A stretch of DNA of 64,000 nucleotides from an uncultured Anaerolineales bacterium (GTDB lineage: Bacteria > Chloroflexota > Anaerolineae > Anaerolineales > UBA11858): contig CAZRUS010000004.1 in the NCBI GenBank assembly GCA_964603385.1, positions 66,632 to 130,631 on the forward strand, given 5' to 3'. The notes below the pieces were generated by a model. The model was not told where the DNA came from, did not search any database, and worked only from the letters and a program-made list of their open reading frames with translations. Below are positions 1 to 10,068 of the stretch, piece by piece (position 1 is the first letter of the stretch; every line of letters begins with the position of its first letter). A program made the position numbers and the translations under genes.

Positions 1-1743
1 ACTGCCGATCATCAACCGATCCTGCGGGAGGGAATAAGGCTGAGGGTGAAATGCCCTGGCTGCTTCATTGACGGCAATCAGCCGGAAGGGACTGCGTTGA
101 AGGGATGGCTGAGAATTGCCAGAAGGCGGCCTGCTCATAACGGGGAGGGGCTTCCCATTTCCCTGGCGAAAGGCGGCTTGACGCGGTGAACTCTTCTGGC
201 CGGGGCGTGATTTGCTGAAGAAGGCATTGTTTCCGGGAAATCCTCGCGGCTGAATAATCCCCCGCAGGATCATGACCAGGAAACCTAACCCCAAAGCCAG
301 GATCACCGCCAGTCCGAAAAAACCGAGCCGATTTTCGTTGAATATTGTTGTCAGGCTGGGCTCTGGCGTGTCTAGCAGCACTTCTATGGGCGTTCGCAGG
401 CTGCTGTGACGCAGCCCCAGCTCATCCACCACCTCCACGGTAAGATAATAAATACCGGGAGAGCGGATTTGACTGATATCCCAGACGAATTGGTCATAGG
501 GAGCGGATGTGTTTTGATCAACGACTTCGCCATTAACGCGCAGGGTGGTTTCGGTCAGCTCCCGGGGTAGATCATCCGGGAATTCCAGATACGCTTCCAG
601 CCTCACTTCCTGAGGCTGATACTCCACGAGGGGCAGGTCCGGATTCCCGGGCTGGGGATTCTCACGAACAATCAGCTGGGGAGGATTCAGCAGCGCTGCA
701 TTGGGGGGATCAACCTGCAGGGAAAATTCCCGGCTTGCGGTCAGCAGGGTGGATTCCTGTTCAATGGTAATTTCCACTTGGTGGGTTCCGCTGGTGGTGA
801 TCTGGGATTGGTAGCTGAGCAGGTAGGTGTTTCGATAGCGGTCCAGCAGATCGGCCAGATCCGGAAGGCTTTCATAGGGCTGCGGGGGCTCAGGGGTGGC
901 TTCCTGATCGTTGTCCGTTTGTTCTTGCTCTTCAGCAGCCATTATGCCGGCATAGGGAAAAAAATCTCCGCCGGTTTGGGAAGCCATCTCCTGCAGCTTT
1001 TCCGCTCCCACAGAACCGAAAAACGCCGGGGAGGAAATCTGGATGGGATAAATCCGGACCCCGCTCTCCACTGCCTGGGAGATCAGGCTTTCCAGCCCTC
1101 CAATTTCCTGTGGGGTAGGGGGAGGGCTGAAGAAGAGCACAATTCTTTTCCCACCCGGGCTTTTCAGCGGGTCTGCAGCCAGCTGAACAGCGTCGGAAAG
1201 CACGCTGAAATCCGCTGCGGTCTCCCGCGGCTGGGGATTGTATCCTTCCAGTGCGGAGATCAGGTCGGAGGGAGAAGCGCGGTGGGTTACTTCCAGGCCG
1301 TCGTTGGAGATCAGGCTGAGGTCGTCGGGTGCAGATCCTTCTGAAGCAGATAACCAGCTGATCAAGGCCTCTTTGATGTAGTGCAGCCGGGAGTTTCCCA
1401 GCACATCCTGGATCCCCAGCGGGGGAGAGGAATTGACAGCAATCACCAGCTGAATACCGGGGGAAATCTCCTGAAATTCCTCTGGTTCAAGTTCCGTTCC
1501 ATTTTCTTTGAGTTCGATTTTTCCCTCACTGAGCCCGGTGAGGGGATCTCCATTCTGACCATAGGCGTCCAGATAGAGGGTGATGCGGGGGAACTGTTCG
1601 GTATTCGGTGGAGAGATCTCCAGAGCAGGGCTGTTCTGAGCGCTGACAGAAAGGACAGGGGCCAGGATCAAACCCAAAGCCAGCCATATCCTCCAGCGAC
1701 CATGGTGTCGGTTGGTAGTTATCATTTTTGTTTGTTTTTGCAT
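1..1743 (-). CDS. Secreted, membrane-anchored vWA-like protein with an Ig-like region, one TM helix and the start of an FHA-like C-terminal domain. The 3' end lies beyond the window start.
   Basis: Absent from the ORF track because no stop lies inside the window. Checked by hand: + strand triplets 1-3, 4-6, ... contain no TTA/CTA/TCA until 1759-1761. The minus frame is therefore open for 581 codons from ATG 1743 (alternative ATG 1725). Translation: MQKQTKMITTNRHHGRWRIWLALGLILAPVLSVSAQ (signal peptide); GIQLVIAVNSSPP, GGKRIVLFFSPPP and VRIYPIQISS (vWA-like strand pattern); LGFFGLAVILALGLGFLVMIL (TM); FRLIAVNEAARAFHPQPYSLPQDRLMIGS (FHA-like start). Confidence 0.8.
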   Translation of the reverse strand, partial: MQKQTKMITTNRHHGRWRIWLALGLILAPVLSVSAQNSPALEISPPNTEQFPRITLYLDAYGQNGDPLTGLSEGKIELKENGTELEPEEFQEISPGIQLVIAVNSSPPLGIQDVLGNSRLHYIKEALISWLSASEGSAPDDLSLISNDGLEVTHRASPSDLISALEGYNPQPRETAADFSVLSDAVQLAADPLKSPGGKRIVLFFSPPPTPQEIGGLESLISQAVESGVRIYPIQISSPAFFGSVGAEKLQEMASQTGGDFFPYAGIMAAEEQEQTDNDQEATPEPPQPYESLPDLADLLDRYRNTYLLSYQSQITTSGTHQVEITIEQESTLLTASREFSLQVDPPNAALLNPPQLIVRENPQPGNPDLPLVEYQPQEVRLEAYLEFPDDLPRELTETTLRVNGEVVDQNTSAPYDQFVWDISQIRSPGIYYLTVEVVDELGLRHSSLRTPIEVLLDTPEPSLTTIFNENRLGFFGLAVILALGLGFLVMILRGIIQPRGFPGNNAFFSKSRPGQKSSPRQAAFRQGNGKPLPVMSRPPSGNSQPSLQRSPFRLIAVNEAARAFHPQPYSLPQDRLMIGS

Positions 1744-1906
1744 TGTACCGTACCTTATTTACCAGAGTGCTTACTTTTTTATTAGGCGGTGCAAGCAAAA
1801 ATCTCTAAATCTAGATTAAAACTTCATTTGGTCTGCATGTGTTAGAATTTGGGTGGTCAAAGGGCATTTTCAAGGAAGGAGACATATCAGCATTGGTCAA
1901 CCGGGT

Positions 1907-2581
1907 ATGACAGAGCTCATTTTAGCATCTCGATCCCCCCGACGGCAGCAGCTGCTGGGAATTCTCCAGGAGACCTTCCTGGTCAGGGCAGCCGATGTGG
2001 ATGAAGCTGAGCAGCCGGGGGAGGCGCCCTCCGGGTATGTTATTCGTGTAGCCAAAGCCAAAGCGCGAGCGGCGGCCGAGTCCCTCGCGGGAGGGAAAGA
2101 TGCCAATGCGGCTGTGCTGGCTGCCGATACCACTGTGGTTGCTGACGGGCAGCTGGTGGGAAAACCACAGCATGAGCAGGAAGCCAAAGAGATCCTCCAG
2201 CGGCTGGCGGGAAATACCCATCAGGTGCTGACCGGTTTGATTGTTTATCTGCCCGGGACCGGGGACATGCACAGCCAGCTGGCTGTCAGTGAAGTGAGCA
2301 TGCGCGAGCTTTCTGAGGAAGAAATGGACCGATATGTGGCCAGCGGTGATCCGCTGGATAAAGCTGGAGCCTACGCGATCCAGAACCGGCGCTTTCAGCT
2401 GGTGCCGGATTTTGCAGATTGCTTTGCGAATGTTATGGGCCTGCCGCTTTGTCACCTCAAGCTGACCTTGGATAAAATCGGGTTTCCCACGCCCAGACAT
2501 CTTCCGCTGCGCTGTCAGGAGGTGCTGGATTATCTCTGTCCGGTTTATCAAGATATATTGGAAAAGACCCCTGAGCACTAA
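1907..2581 (+). CDS. maf: Maf-like nucleoside triphosphate pyrophosphatase (septum formation protein Maf)
   Basis: ATG at 1907 gives MTELILASRSPRRQQLLGIL, the typical Maf N-terminus. DKAGAYAIQ is present near the C-terminus. The ORF-track GTG start at 1853 adds 18 non-conserved residues. Confidence 0.85.
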   Translation: MTELILASRSPRRQQLLGILQETFLVRAADVDEAEQPGEAPSGYVIRVAKAKARAAAESLAGGKDANAAVLAADTTVVADGQLVGKPQHEQEAKEILQRLAGNTHQVLTGLIVYLPGTGDMHSQLAVSEVSMRELSEEEMDRYVASGDPLDKAGAYAIQNRRFQLVPDFADCFANVMGLPLCHLKLTLDKIGFPTPRHLPLRCQEVLDYLCPVYQDILEKTPEH

Positions 2582-2596
2582 CAAGCAACCCTGTCC

Positions 2597-4834
2597 ATGG
2601 AAATTAATCGAATGAAAAGAATCCTGATCCCCCTGTTTGTCCTGGTCATCTTATTGACCGGCTGTAATCAATCCACTCCCGGGACGCCGGTCACCGGCGT
2701 GGTGACCCCTTCTGCTTCCCTGCCCACGCCCGGCATCCAGACCACCAAAACCCCCGATCAGGAGGCAGTGGTGGTCAGTTTTCTGGAGCACTGGCAGGAG
2801 AATGACTTCAGCGGCATGTACCCCTTGCTCAGTTCGGAAAGCCAGAGCCAGATTGGGGAAGAGGAGTTTTCCAATCTTTACTGGGGGATTGCTGTTGAGC
2901 TGGCTCTGGAAAGCCTGGAATATGCTGTCCTATCCTCCTATACGGATCCCGGTCAGGCCCAGGTGGCGGTCAGCTTGAATTACAATTCAAGGATCATTGA
3001 TGAGCTTAAACGGGATGTCATCTTTCCGCTCGCTTTGGAGGATGGCGAATGGCGGATCAACTGGTCTAAGAAACTGATCTTTCCTGAACTGGAGGGGGAG
3101 AATGTGCTCAAACTCAACCGGGTGGTGCCCACCCGGGGCAACATCTACGATCAGGAGGGCAGTGTCATCGTCGCCTATGCAGAGGCCATCTCGCTGGGTT
3201 TGACCCCTTCCCAGATCCGATCCAAGAAGGAATCCGAGCTGCTGGAGCAGCTCTCCCGGGTGCTGGATAGACCGGCCGGGAACATTGCTGCTGATTATGC
3301 CGACTTTCCCCCCAACGTGGATTGGTATTTACCGCTGGGTGCGGTTAATCTGGATGAGGTGGAAGATCGGCTGGGGATTTTGCAGTCCTATACCAACAGC
3401 GGCCTGCTTATCCATCAGTTTGAAGGGCGGTATTATTTCGATAGTGGGGTTTCTCCCCAGGCCATCGGGTACGTGCGCTGGATTCAGGAAGCCGAGGAGG
3501 ACCAGTACCGCCTGCAGGGGTATGCTCGTGATGAGAAAGTTGGCGGCCAGGGGATTGAACGCTGGGGTGAACCGTATCTGTCCGGGAAACGGGGGGGGAC
3601 TCTTTACGTTGAGGATGCGGAAGGGAACACGGTGGCCCAGCTGGCCAGCTCACCTGCCGGCCCGGCCCAGGAGATCTACACTACCTTTGAGCGGGATTTC
3701 CAGGTGGACGTTCAGCAGGCCCTCTATGGATTTAATGGAGCCATTGTCGTGCTGGAAATTGATACCGGTCGGGTGCTGGCCATGGCTTCAAACCCCAGCT
3801 ATGATCCCAACGTGTTCAACTCCAGCTATTACAATTCCAACATCCTGCTGCAGGAATATTATCAGATGGACCAGAAATCTCCTTTCCTGAACCGGGCTAC
3901 TCAGGGGCTGTATCCGCTGGGATCGGTTTTTAAGATCATTACCATGGCAGCAGCCTTGGAAAGCGGGGAATTCCAGGCCAGCGATACCTATGACTGCGAG
4001 TATCTATTTGAGGAATTGGATGGGGTCACCCTGAAAGACTGGACCTATGATAAATATCTGGAAGGGGAGGAAACCCCTCCCTCCGGAACCCTCACCCTTC
4101 CGGAAGGCTTGATCCGCTCCTGCAACCCCTGGTTCTACCACATTGGGCTGGAGCTCTACCGAAATGGTTTTACCGATGCCATCGCGGAGATGGCCGAGGG
4201 ATTTGGGTTGGGCAGCCCGACCGGCATTGAAGGCGTCGAGGAAGAAGCCGGCCTTATTCCGGTGCCGAGGTCAGAAGTGGACGCCACCAACCTGTCTATT
4301 GGTCAGGGACAGACCCAGGTGACGCCGCTGCAGGCAGCTCAATTCATCGCCGCCCTGGGCAACGGCGGGACCCTATACCGTCCGCAGATTATCGAAAGCA
4401 TCCGCACCGCTGGAGGGGAGGAAATATTCACTTTTGAACCAGACCCGGTGGGAGAGCTGCCGATCAGCGAAGAAACCATGCAGATCATCCGCAGCGGTAT
4501 GGTCGGTGTGGTCTCCAGCAGAAGCCCTCAAGGGACGGCAGAACATCGCTTCCGCGGTCTGGCAATTCCCGTAGCCGGGAAAACCGGCACGGCGGAATCG
4601 GGCTCGGGGGAATCTCACGCCTGGTTTGCCGGCTATACATTCAATCAGAACCCTGACAAACCGGACATTGCTGTGGTGGTAATCGCGGAAAACGCCGGAG
4701 AGGGATCTGAAGTGGGAGCGCCCATTTTCCGGCGGGTGGTGGAGCTGTATTTCAACCAGGTGCTGCGCTACTATCCCTGGGAATCCGAGCTCGGCGTCTG
4801 GGCTACACCTGAGCCGGAGGAAAATGGCAACTAA
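2597..4834 (+). CDS. Class B penicillin-binding protein (transpeptidase) with an NTF2-like N-terminal domain
   Basis: Lipoprotein-like signal LLTGCNQ. SxxK (GSVFKIIT), SxN (IRSCNPW) and KTG (AGKTGTAE) motifs occur in the canonical order. The N-terminal block VVVSFLEHWQENDFSGMYPLL ... GEWRINWS resembles the PBP2a/MecA N-terminal NTF2-like domain. Confidence 0.9.
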   Translation: MEINRMKRILIPLFVLVILLTGCNQSTPGTPVTGVVTPSASLPTPGIQTTKTPDQEAVVVSFLEHWQENDFSGMYPLLSSESQSQIGEEEFSNLYWGIAVELALESLEYAVLSSYTDPGQAQVAVSLNYNSRIIDELKRDVIFPLALEDGEWRINWSKKLIFPELEGENVLKLNRVVPTRGNIYDQEGSVIVAYAEAISLGLTPSQIRSKKESELLEQLSRVLDRPAGNIAADYADFPPNVDWYLPLGAVNLDEVEDRLGILQSYTNSGLLIHQFEGRYYFDSGVSPQAIGYVRWIQEAEEDQYRLQGYARDEKVGGQGIERWGEPYLSGKRGGTLYVEDAEGNTVAQLASSPAGPAQEIYTTFERDFQVDVQQALYGFNGAIVVLEIDTGRVLAMASNPSYDPNVFNSSYYNSNILLQEYYQMDQKSPFLNRATQGLYPLGSVFKIITMAAALESGEFQASDTYDCEYLFEELDGVTLKDWTYDKYLEGEETPPSGTLTLPEGLIRSCNPWFYHIGLELYRNGFTDAIAEMAEGFGLGSPTGIEGVEEEAGLIPVPRSEVDATNLSIGQGQTQVTPLQAAQFIAALGNGGTLYRPQIIESIRTAGGEEIFTFEPDPVGELPISEETMQIIRSGMVGVVSSRSPQGTAEHRFRGLAIPVAGKTGTAESGSGESHAWFAGYTFNQNPDKPDIAVVVIAENAGEGSEVGAPIFRRVVELYFNQVLRYYPWESELGVWATPEPEENGN

Positions 4835-4855
4835 CCGAGGAGCGGACATTCCAGC

Positions 4856-5788
4856 ATGAGGGATGATTTATTTAGAGGAAGAGTACTCCGGGCACAGTCA
4901 GGCTTTTTCACTGTCAAGACAGAGCAGGCTGGCATCCTGGTATGCCAGATCCGGGGACGCTTGAAGCAAGGACCTAAACTGGGAGACATCATCGCCATCG
5001 GGGATTGGGTCAAGGTCTCCCGCCAGGGGGAAGAGGCAGGGATGATCGAAGAGGTAGAGCCCAGGAAGACCATGCTGTACCGCATGGCACCCACACCCCG
5101 GGGCGAATATCAGCAAATCATTATCGCCAATGCCGACCAGGCTGTTTTTGTCTACGCGGCTGCCCAGCCGGCCCCTCGACTGCGGATGCTGGACCGCTTT
5201 CTGGTCATTGCCGAGAAGGAAGATATCAAATCGATCATTGTCGTCAATAAAGTGGACCTGACCACCAAGGAAAAAGCCCGGACGTTCTTTGACCGCTACC
5301 AGAAAATCGGTTATCCCGTGCTGTACACCTCGGTGATCAGTCATCAGGGCATTGAGGAGCTGAAACAAACCCTAATCGATAAGGTCAGTCTTTTTGCTGG
5401 TCCCTCCGGTGTGGGCAAAACCAGCCTTCTCAATCAGATTCAACCCGGATTGGGACTGGCTGTCCGGGAGGTCAGCGAATCCACACAAAAAGGAAAGCAT
5501 ACCACGGTCGCCCGCAAACTCGTTCCCCTGGATGAGAGCGGGTATGTGGCCGACACACCCGGATTAAAAGCCCTCGATCTCTGGGATATAGAACCGGAAG
5601 AGGTGGATGGATATTTTCCGGAGATCAGCGCCCGGGTCTCAGACTGCCGGTTCAGCGACTGCACCCACATTCATGAACCGGGATGTGCGGTCAAGGAGGC
5701 GGTGGAACAAGGGGAGATCCACCCGGAGCGGTATCAGTCCTATCTGCGGATGAGGCAAATCGAAGAAGACAAGATTCCATGGTTGTAA
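4856..5788 (+). CDS. rsgA: Ribosome small-subunit-dependent GTPase A
   Basis: Circularly permuted GTPase motifs NKVDL (G4), GPSGVGKTSLLN (G1) and DTPG (G3). C-terminal zinc finger CRFSDCTHIHEPGCAV. Confidence 0.9.
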   Translation: MRDDLFRGRVLRAQSGFFTVKTEQAGILVCQIRGRLKQGPKLGDIIAIGDWVKVSRQGEEAGMIEEVEPRKTMLYRMAPTPRGEYQQIIIANADQAVFVYAAAQPAPRLRMLDRFLVIAEKEDIKSIIVVNKVDLTTKEKARTFFDRYQKIGYPVLYTSVISHQGIEELKQTLIDKVSLFAGPSGVGKTSLLNQIQPGLGLAVREVSESTQKGKHTTVARKLVPLDESGYVADTPGLKALDLWDIEPEEVDGYFPEISARVSDCRFSDCTHIHEPGCAVKEAVEQGEIHPERYQSYLRMRQIEEDKIPWL

Positions 5789-7677
5789 AGAGAGTATTAT
5801 CCGGCCTGATATTGATTGGGCTGGCGCTGCTTGGATCCGCCTGTGCTCAAGAATCTGAGGATTTCCTGCTGGCTTCCCCGTCAACTCCTGCAGGGATGGT
5901 TATCAGTTCGACTCAGCAGGCTCCGGATCCCCCGGAGGTGCTTTCCATCTGCCTCGGCCAGGAGCCGGTGTCTTTATTTCTCTATGGGGATAATTCCCTT
6001 TCTGCCCGGATCATCCGCCAGGCAATCTACGATGGTCCCGTGGATGAGGTGGATTTTCAGCCTCAGCCGGTAATACTGGAAGATATTCCCAGCCTGGAGA
6101 ATGGGTTGGTGCAGATTGAAACGGCAGCTGTGCAGCCGGGAGACCGTCTGGTGGATGCAAACGGGAACCCCACCTATTTGCAGGAAGGTACGCGCTACCT
6201 GCCTGCCGGCTGTTTTTCCCAGGACTGTAGCCTGCAGTACCAGGGGGAGGCGGAGGTGCAGCTGAACCAGGTGGTGATTACTTTTCCGCTTCTGGAAGGG
6301 CTGTCCTGGGCAGATGGTGAGCCGCTTACCGCGCAGGATTCGGTATTTTCCTATCGGGTTGCCGGGCAGATCTTCTCCACCAGGCCTCCAAAAAGGCTGC
6401 GGATGACGGCCGGCTATTCAGTGCAGCATGAAAACGAGGTGGTTTGGAGGGGACTGCCAGGGTACCAGGGGTTAATAAACTATGATGATTTTTTCTTCAC
6501 CCCTCTCCCGGAGCATCTCTGGGGAGAACTCTCTTCCCAAGCGCTGTTGACCTCCGAGCAAACCTCCCGAGCACCGCTGGGCTGGGGCCCTTACCAGATT
6601 GAGGAGTGGGTGGCGGGGGATCATCTCAGTCTTTCCCGCAGTGCCCTCTATGCCTGGGGGGATGATCAGGCCGGTGTAGACCGGCTGGTTTTCCGTTTTA
6701 TGCAGGATCTGGAATCTGCGCTGGCGGCGTTTCGCGTCGGAGAATGTGACCTGCTGCTCAACCAGGAGGGTCTTGCGGAGGCGCTCCAGGATCCCGAGGC
6801 TTACAAGCTCCCGGATCAATTTGCAGTCAGCAGCTATCACACCGGGGTCTGGGAGCAAATCAGCTTTGGGGTGCAGTCTCTGGTTCCAACCCGACAAATC
6901 CTGGCAGACCGCGATGTCCGGAAGGCAGTGGCCGGCTGTATTGATCGGGAAGCAGCGGCAGCGCTTAATCCCGGGGCAGGCCAGGTGATCAACAGTCTTT
7001 ACCCCCTGGGAGATCCCCGGTATTTTGTCCCGGCAGACAGCTTGAGCTACCAGCCCCAAAAAAGCAGGGAGCTGCTGGAGGAGGCGGGATGGCTTGACCA
7101 CGATGGAGATCCCGACACTCCCAGGACAGCGCGAGAGGTGGAAGGCATGGAGCAGGGAACTCCCCTGGAGCTCACCCTGCTGATGGCCGGGACGGAGGAT
7201 CCTCCTGCAGAGATCAAGGCGATTGCAGCCTCCCTTGCCAGCTGTGGGATTGGTCTGGAAGTGTCCCTGCTGGAGCCAGAAACGCTGCTCCAGCCCGGTC
7301 CAGAAGGGCCGGTGTTTGGTCGGCAGTTTGATCTGGCCAAATTTGCCTGGCTGACAGAAGGATATCCTCTCTGTTCCCTGCTGGTTTCCTCTGAAATTCC
7401 GGGCAGCTTCCCCGATCATCCCAAGGCCTGGGGGGGAACCAATGCATCCGGATACAGCAGCCCGGAATTTGACCAGGCCTGCCGGAACATCAAGACCAGT
7501 CTGCCCGATCAGGAAGGTGTCAGTGAGGCCTATCAGCAAATTCAGACCCTGATCAATCAAGACGTTCCTGTGCTGCCTCTGTACTACCGCCGGGGGATCA
7601 TCCTTCATCTCCCCGGGCAGGGGAGTTTGGACGGCCGCGGAGCGGTTCCGCTGTGGAATATTGAAATGCTGCCTTAG
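5779..7677 (+). CDS. ABC transporter substrate-binding lipoprotein, family 5 (peptide/nickel type)
   Basis: ATG 5779 gives MVVKRVLSGLILIGLALLGSACAQ (lipobox) and overlaps the rsgA stop by 10 nt. The upstream part of the ORF-track frame lies inside rsgA. Length and overall pattern match SBP_bac_5; family assignment comes from general resemblance only. Confidence 0.7.
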   Translation: MVVKRVLSGLILIGLALLGSACAQESEDFLLASPSTPAGMVISSTQQAPDPPEVLSICLGQEPVSLFLYGDNSLSARIIRQAIYDGPVDEVDFQPQPVILEDIPSLENGLVQIETAAVQPGDRLVDANGNPTYLQEGTRYLPAGCFSQDCSLQYQGEAEVQLNQVVITFPLLEGLSWADGEPLTAQDSVFSYRVAGQIFSTRPPKRLRMTAGYSVQHENEVVWRGLPGYQGLINYDDFFFTPLPEHLWGELSSQALLTSEQTSRAPLGWGPYQIEEWVAGDHLSLSRSALYAWGDDQAGVDRLVFRFMQDLESALAAFRVGECDLLLNQEGLAEALQDPEAYKLPDQFAVSSYHTGVWEQISFGVQSLVPTRQILADRDVRKAVAGCIDREAAAALNPGAGQVINSLYPLGDPRYFVPADSLSYQPQKSRELLEEAGWLDHDGDPDTPRTAREVEGMEQGTPLELTLLMAGTEDPPAEIKAIAASLASCGIGLEVSLLEPETLLQPGPEGPVFGRQFDLAKFAWLTEGYPLCSLLVSSEIPGSFPDHPKAWGGTNASGYSSPEFDQACRNIKTSLPDQEGVSEAYQQIQTLINQDVPVLPLYYRRGIILHLPGQGSLDGRGAVPLWNIEMLP

Positions 7678-7823
7678 TTGAGGGAACCCTACAGTTGTGA
7701 TATGATTCCAGACTTAAAGCCAGCTAAATATTCCATGAATGCGGAAAAATCAAATAGAAGTCACCATTTGATTGTGGTAAAATTCACCAACAAAGTTCTT
7801 GCAGCACATTCTGTGTGAACTCT

Positions 7824-7853
7824 TTGACATATTCCTCATAGTTCAATTATAAT
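7824..7853 (+). promoter_or_regulatory. Sigma-70-type promoter for the peptide ABC operon
   Basis: Perfect TTGACA (7824-7829), an 18-nt spacer, then perfect TATAAT (7848-7853). It sits inside a conspicuously AT-rich 246-nt intergenic region about 70 nt upstream of the ATPase start. Confidence 0.55.
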
Positions 7854-7923
7854 TCTAAGTTGAGACAGGGTTTTGAAATTGAACCTATTTTGCAGGAAAT
7901 CAAAAATAGGGAAAATTTTTTTG

Positions 7924-8934
7924 ATGGAGGTTAGTACATTGAATAATCGAGAAGTCATCCTTGACATTCAGGACCTGAGCACGAGGTTCCACACGCAGGA
8001 CGGGGTTGTGCATGCGGTAAATGGCATCTCTTATCAGCTGCATGCCGGTGAAACCCTGGGAATTGTGGGGGAAAGCGGTTGTGGAAAAAGTGTCTCCATG
8101 CTGTCTGTCATGGACTTGCTGGCATCTCCGCCGGCGGAAATAGAAGCAGAGGCGATCTTGTTTAAGGGAGAGAATCTCCGGAAGTACTCCAAAACGGAGA
8201 TGCGGAAAGTCAGGGGGTCGAACATGACCATGATTTTCCAGGATCCCATGACCTCCCTGAACCCGGTTTTGACCATTGGGTTTCAGATCAAGGAGCCTTT
8301 GAAGCTCCATATGGGGATGAGCGACCAGCAGGCGGAGGAACGAGCAGCTGAACTGCTCAGTCTGGTCGGGATTCCTGAAGCGGAAAGTCGTTTATCTGAT
8401 TTCCCGCACCAGTTTTCAGGCGGTATGCGCCAGCGGGCCATGATTGCCATCGCCCTGGCCTGCGATCCAACCTTATTGATTGCTGATGAACCCACCACGG
8501 CGCTGGATGTGACCATTCAGGCGCAGCTGGTGGAACTGGTCAAGGATATTCAATCCCGCCTGGGGATGGCCTTGATCTGGATCACCCATGACCTCGGGGT
8601 GGTAGCCGGCCTGGCCGAACGCGTGATCGTCATGTATGCTGGGTTTGTCGTGGAAGATGCCCAGGTGGATGAGCTCTACGGGAAACCGCTTCATCCCTAC
8701 ACCATGGCGCTGCTCAAATCCCTCCCCCGGCTGGACGGCATACAAGAGGAAGAGTTAAGTACAATCGAAGGGCTCCCCCCCAGCTTGCTGGAGTGTCCAG
8801 GACACTGTCCCTTCGCAGCGCGCTGTGAGTTTGTACAAGACAAATGCCGGGAGATCAACCCCCCGCTCTTGGAGGTAGAACCCGGTCATAAGATTGCATG
8901 CTGGGTGGATGTAAAGACAGGTGAACTTCGATGA
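7924..8934 (+). CDS. Oligopeptide/dipeptide ABC transporter ATP-binding protein (OppD/DppD-like)
   Basis: Walker A GESGCGKS, signature FSGGMRQR, Walker [13 protein letters not shown], and a C-terminal oligo_HPY-like Cys-rich tail. ATG 7924 preferred over the TTG at 7873. Confidence 0.9.
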   Translation: MEVSTLNNREVILDIQDLSTRFHTQDGVVHAVNGISYQLHAGETLGIVGESGCGKSVSMLSVMDLLASPPAEIEAEAILFKGENLRKYSKTEMRKVRGSNMTMIFQDPMTSLNPVLTIGFQIKEPLKLHMGMSDQQAEERAAELLSLVGIPEAESRLSDFPHQFSGGMRQRAMIAIALACDPTLLIADEPTTALDVTIQAQLVELVKDIQSRLGMALIWITHDLGVVAGLAERVIVMYAGFVVEDAQVDELYGKPLHPYTMALLKSLPRLDGIQEEELSTIEGLPPSLLECPGHCPFAARCEFVQDKCREINPPLLEVEPGHKIACWVDVKTGELR

Positions 8935-9938
8935 CACAGGAAAACAACTCCTTAGTTCGGGTAGAAAAATTAGTGAAACACTTTCCCATCACGCAGGGGA
9001 TCATCTTCCAGCGTCAGGTGGGCGCTGTCAAGGCGGTGGATGATATCACCTTTGAAATTAAAAAAGGAGAAACTCTGGGCCTGGTGGGAGAAAGCGGCTG
9101 TGGGAAATCGACCACCGGTCGGACCATTCTGCAGCTGCACGAACCCACATCGGGCCGGGTGTATTATGATGGGCAGGATCTGACCACCGCTTCAGCCTCC
9201 CAGATGCGGAAACTGCGCCGTGATATTCAGATTATTTTTCAGGATCCCTACGCTTCCCTCAATCCGCGGATGACAATCGGAGACATCATTGGCGAGCCGC
9301 TGGAGGTGCATAAGATTGGCACCGCCAAAGAACGCCGCGAGCGCGTTCAGGAGCTGCTTAACCTGGTGCGGCTAAATCCGTTCTTCATTAAACGCTACCC
9401 GCATGAGTTCTCTGGCGGCCAGCGGCAGCGCATCGGTGTGGCCAGAGCTTTGGCTTTGAACCCGGAGTTCATTGTCTGCGATGAACCCATCTCTGCCCTG
9501 GATGTGTCTGTGCAGGCCCAGGTGGTCAACCTGCTGGAAGAGCTGCAGGAAAAATTTGATCTTACTTACCTGTTCATCGCCCACGACCTCTCCATGGTGC
9601 GCCATATTTCTGACCGCATCGCGGTCATGTACCTGGGGAAGCTGGTTGAGCTGGCTGATCAAACGGAGCTGTTTGAGAACAAGATGCATCCTTACTCGAT
9701 TGCTCTGCTCTCCGCGGTCCCCATCCCTGACCCGGTCAAGGAGCGGCAGCGCAAGCGGATCATTCTGGAAGGGGATGTGCCCAGCCCGGCCAACCCTCCC
9801 TCCGGCTGCCGATTCCACACCCGCTGTCCCATTGCGGAGGATCTCTGCCAGGTCGAGGATCCGCCTTTTGAGGAAAAAGCACCCGGACACTGGGTGGCCT
9901 GCCACTTTGTTGACAAAGCCCAGCGGGAAATGATGTAA
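8931..9938 (+). CDS. Oligopeptide/dipeptide ABC transporter ATP-binding protein (OppF/DppF-like)
   Basis: Walker [10 protein letters not shown], signature FSGGQRQR, Walker [17 protein letters not shown] overlap with the upstream ATPase gene. Confidence 0.9.
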   Translation: MTQENNSLVRVEKLVKHFPITQGIIFQRQVGAVKAVDDITFEIKKGETLGLVGESGCGKSTTGRTILQLHEPTSGRVYYDGQDLTTASASQMRKLRRDIQIIFQDPYASLNPRMTIGDIIGEPLEVHKIGTAKERRERVQELLNLVRLNPFFIKRYPHEFSGGQRQRIGVARALALNPEFIVCDEPISALDVSVQAQVVNLLEELQEKFDLTYLFIAHDLSMVRHISDRIAVMYLGKLVELADQTELFENKMHPYSIALLSAVPIPDPVKERQRKRIILEGDVPSPANPPSGCRFHTRCPIAEDLCQVEDPPFEEKAPGHWVACHFVDKAQREMM

Positions 9939-10068
9939 TTATCCGTCATCTGAAGACATTCTCAGTGAGAAAACAGACCACACAGGAGGTGATTCTCAAG
10001 GAAAAAAACAGCAAAGATGGAAACCACATGTTGAATATCTATCTTAATTTAGAAGGAGAAGAAAAGCT

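Noticed and set aside
778-1785. ORF-track + strand ORFs 778-1344 (188 aa) and 1381-1785 (134 aa), plus the minus-strand ORF 1526-1798
   Set aside because: They are antisense or out of frame relative to the 581-codon minus-strand frame, which gives a coherent signal peptide/vWA/TM protein. Their translations are Gly/Arg/Leu-rich with no motifs.
3591-3598. G8 homopolymer inside the PBP gene (another G8 lies at 55155-55162), considered as phase-variation tracts
   Set aside because: Both are in frame within housekeeping or ordinary genes (Gly-Gly and Pro-Pro codons). The tracts are short, and nothing suggests contingency-locus behaviour.
6472-7608. 378-aa minus-strand ORF inside the first binding-protein gene
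   Set aside because: It is antisense to a frame with clear lipoprotein/SBP character. Its Arg/Gly/Pro/Gln-rich composition is typical of open antisense frames in GC-rich coding DNA, and it has no SD or motifs.
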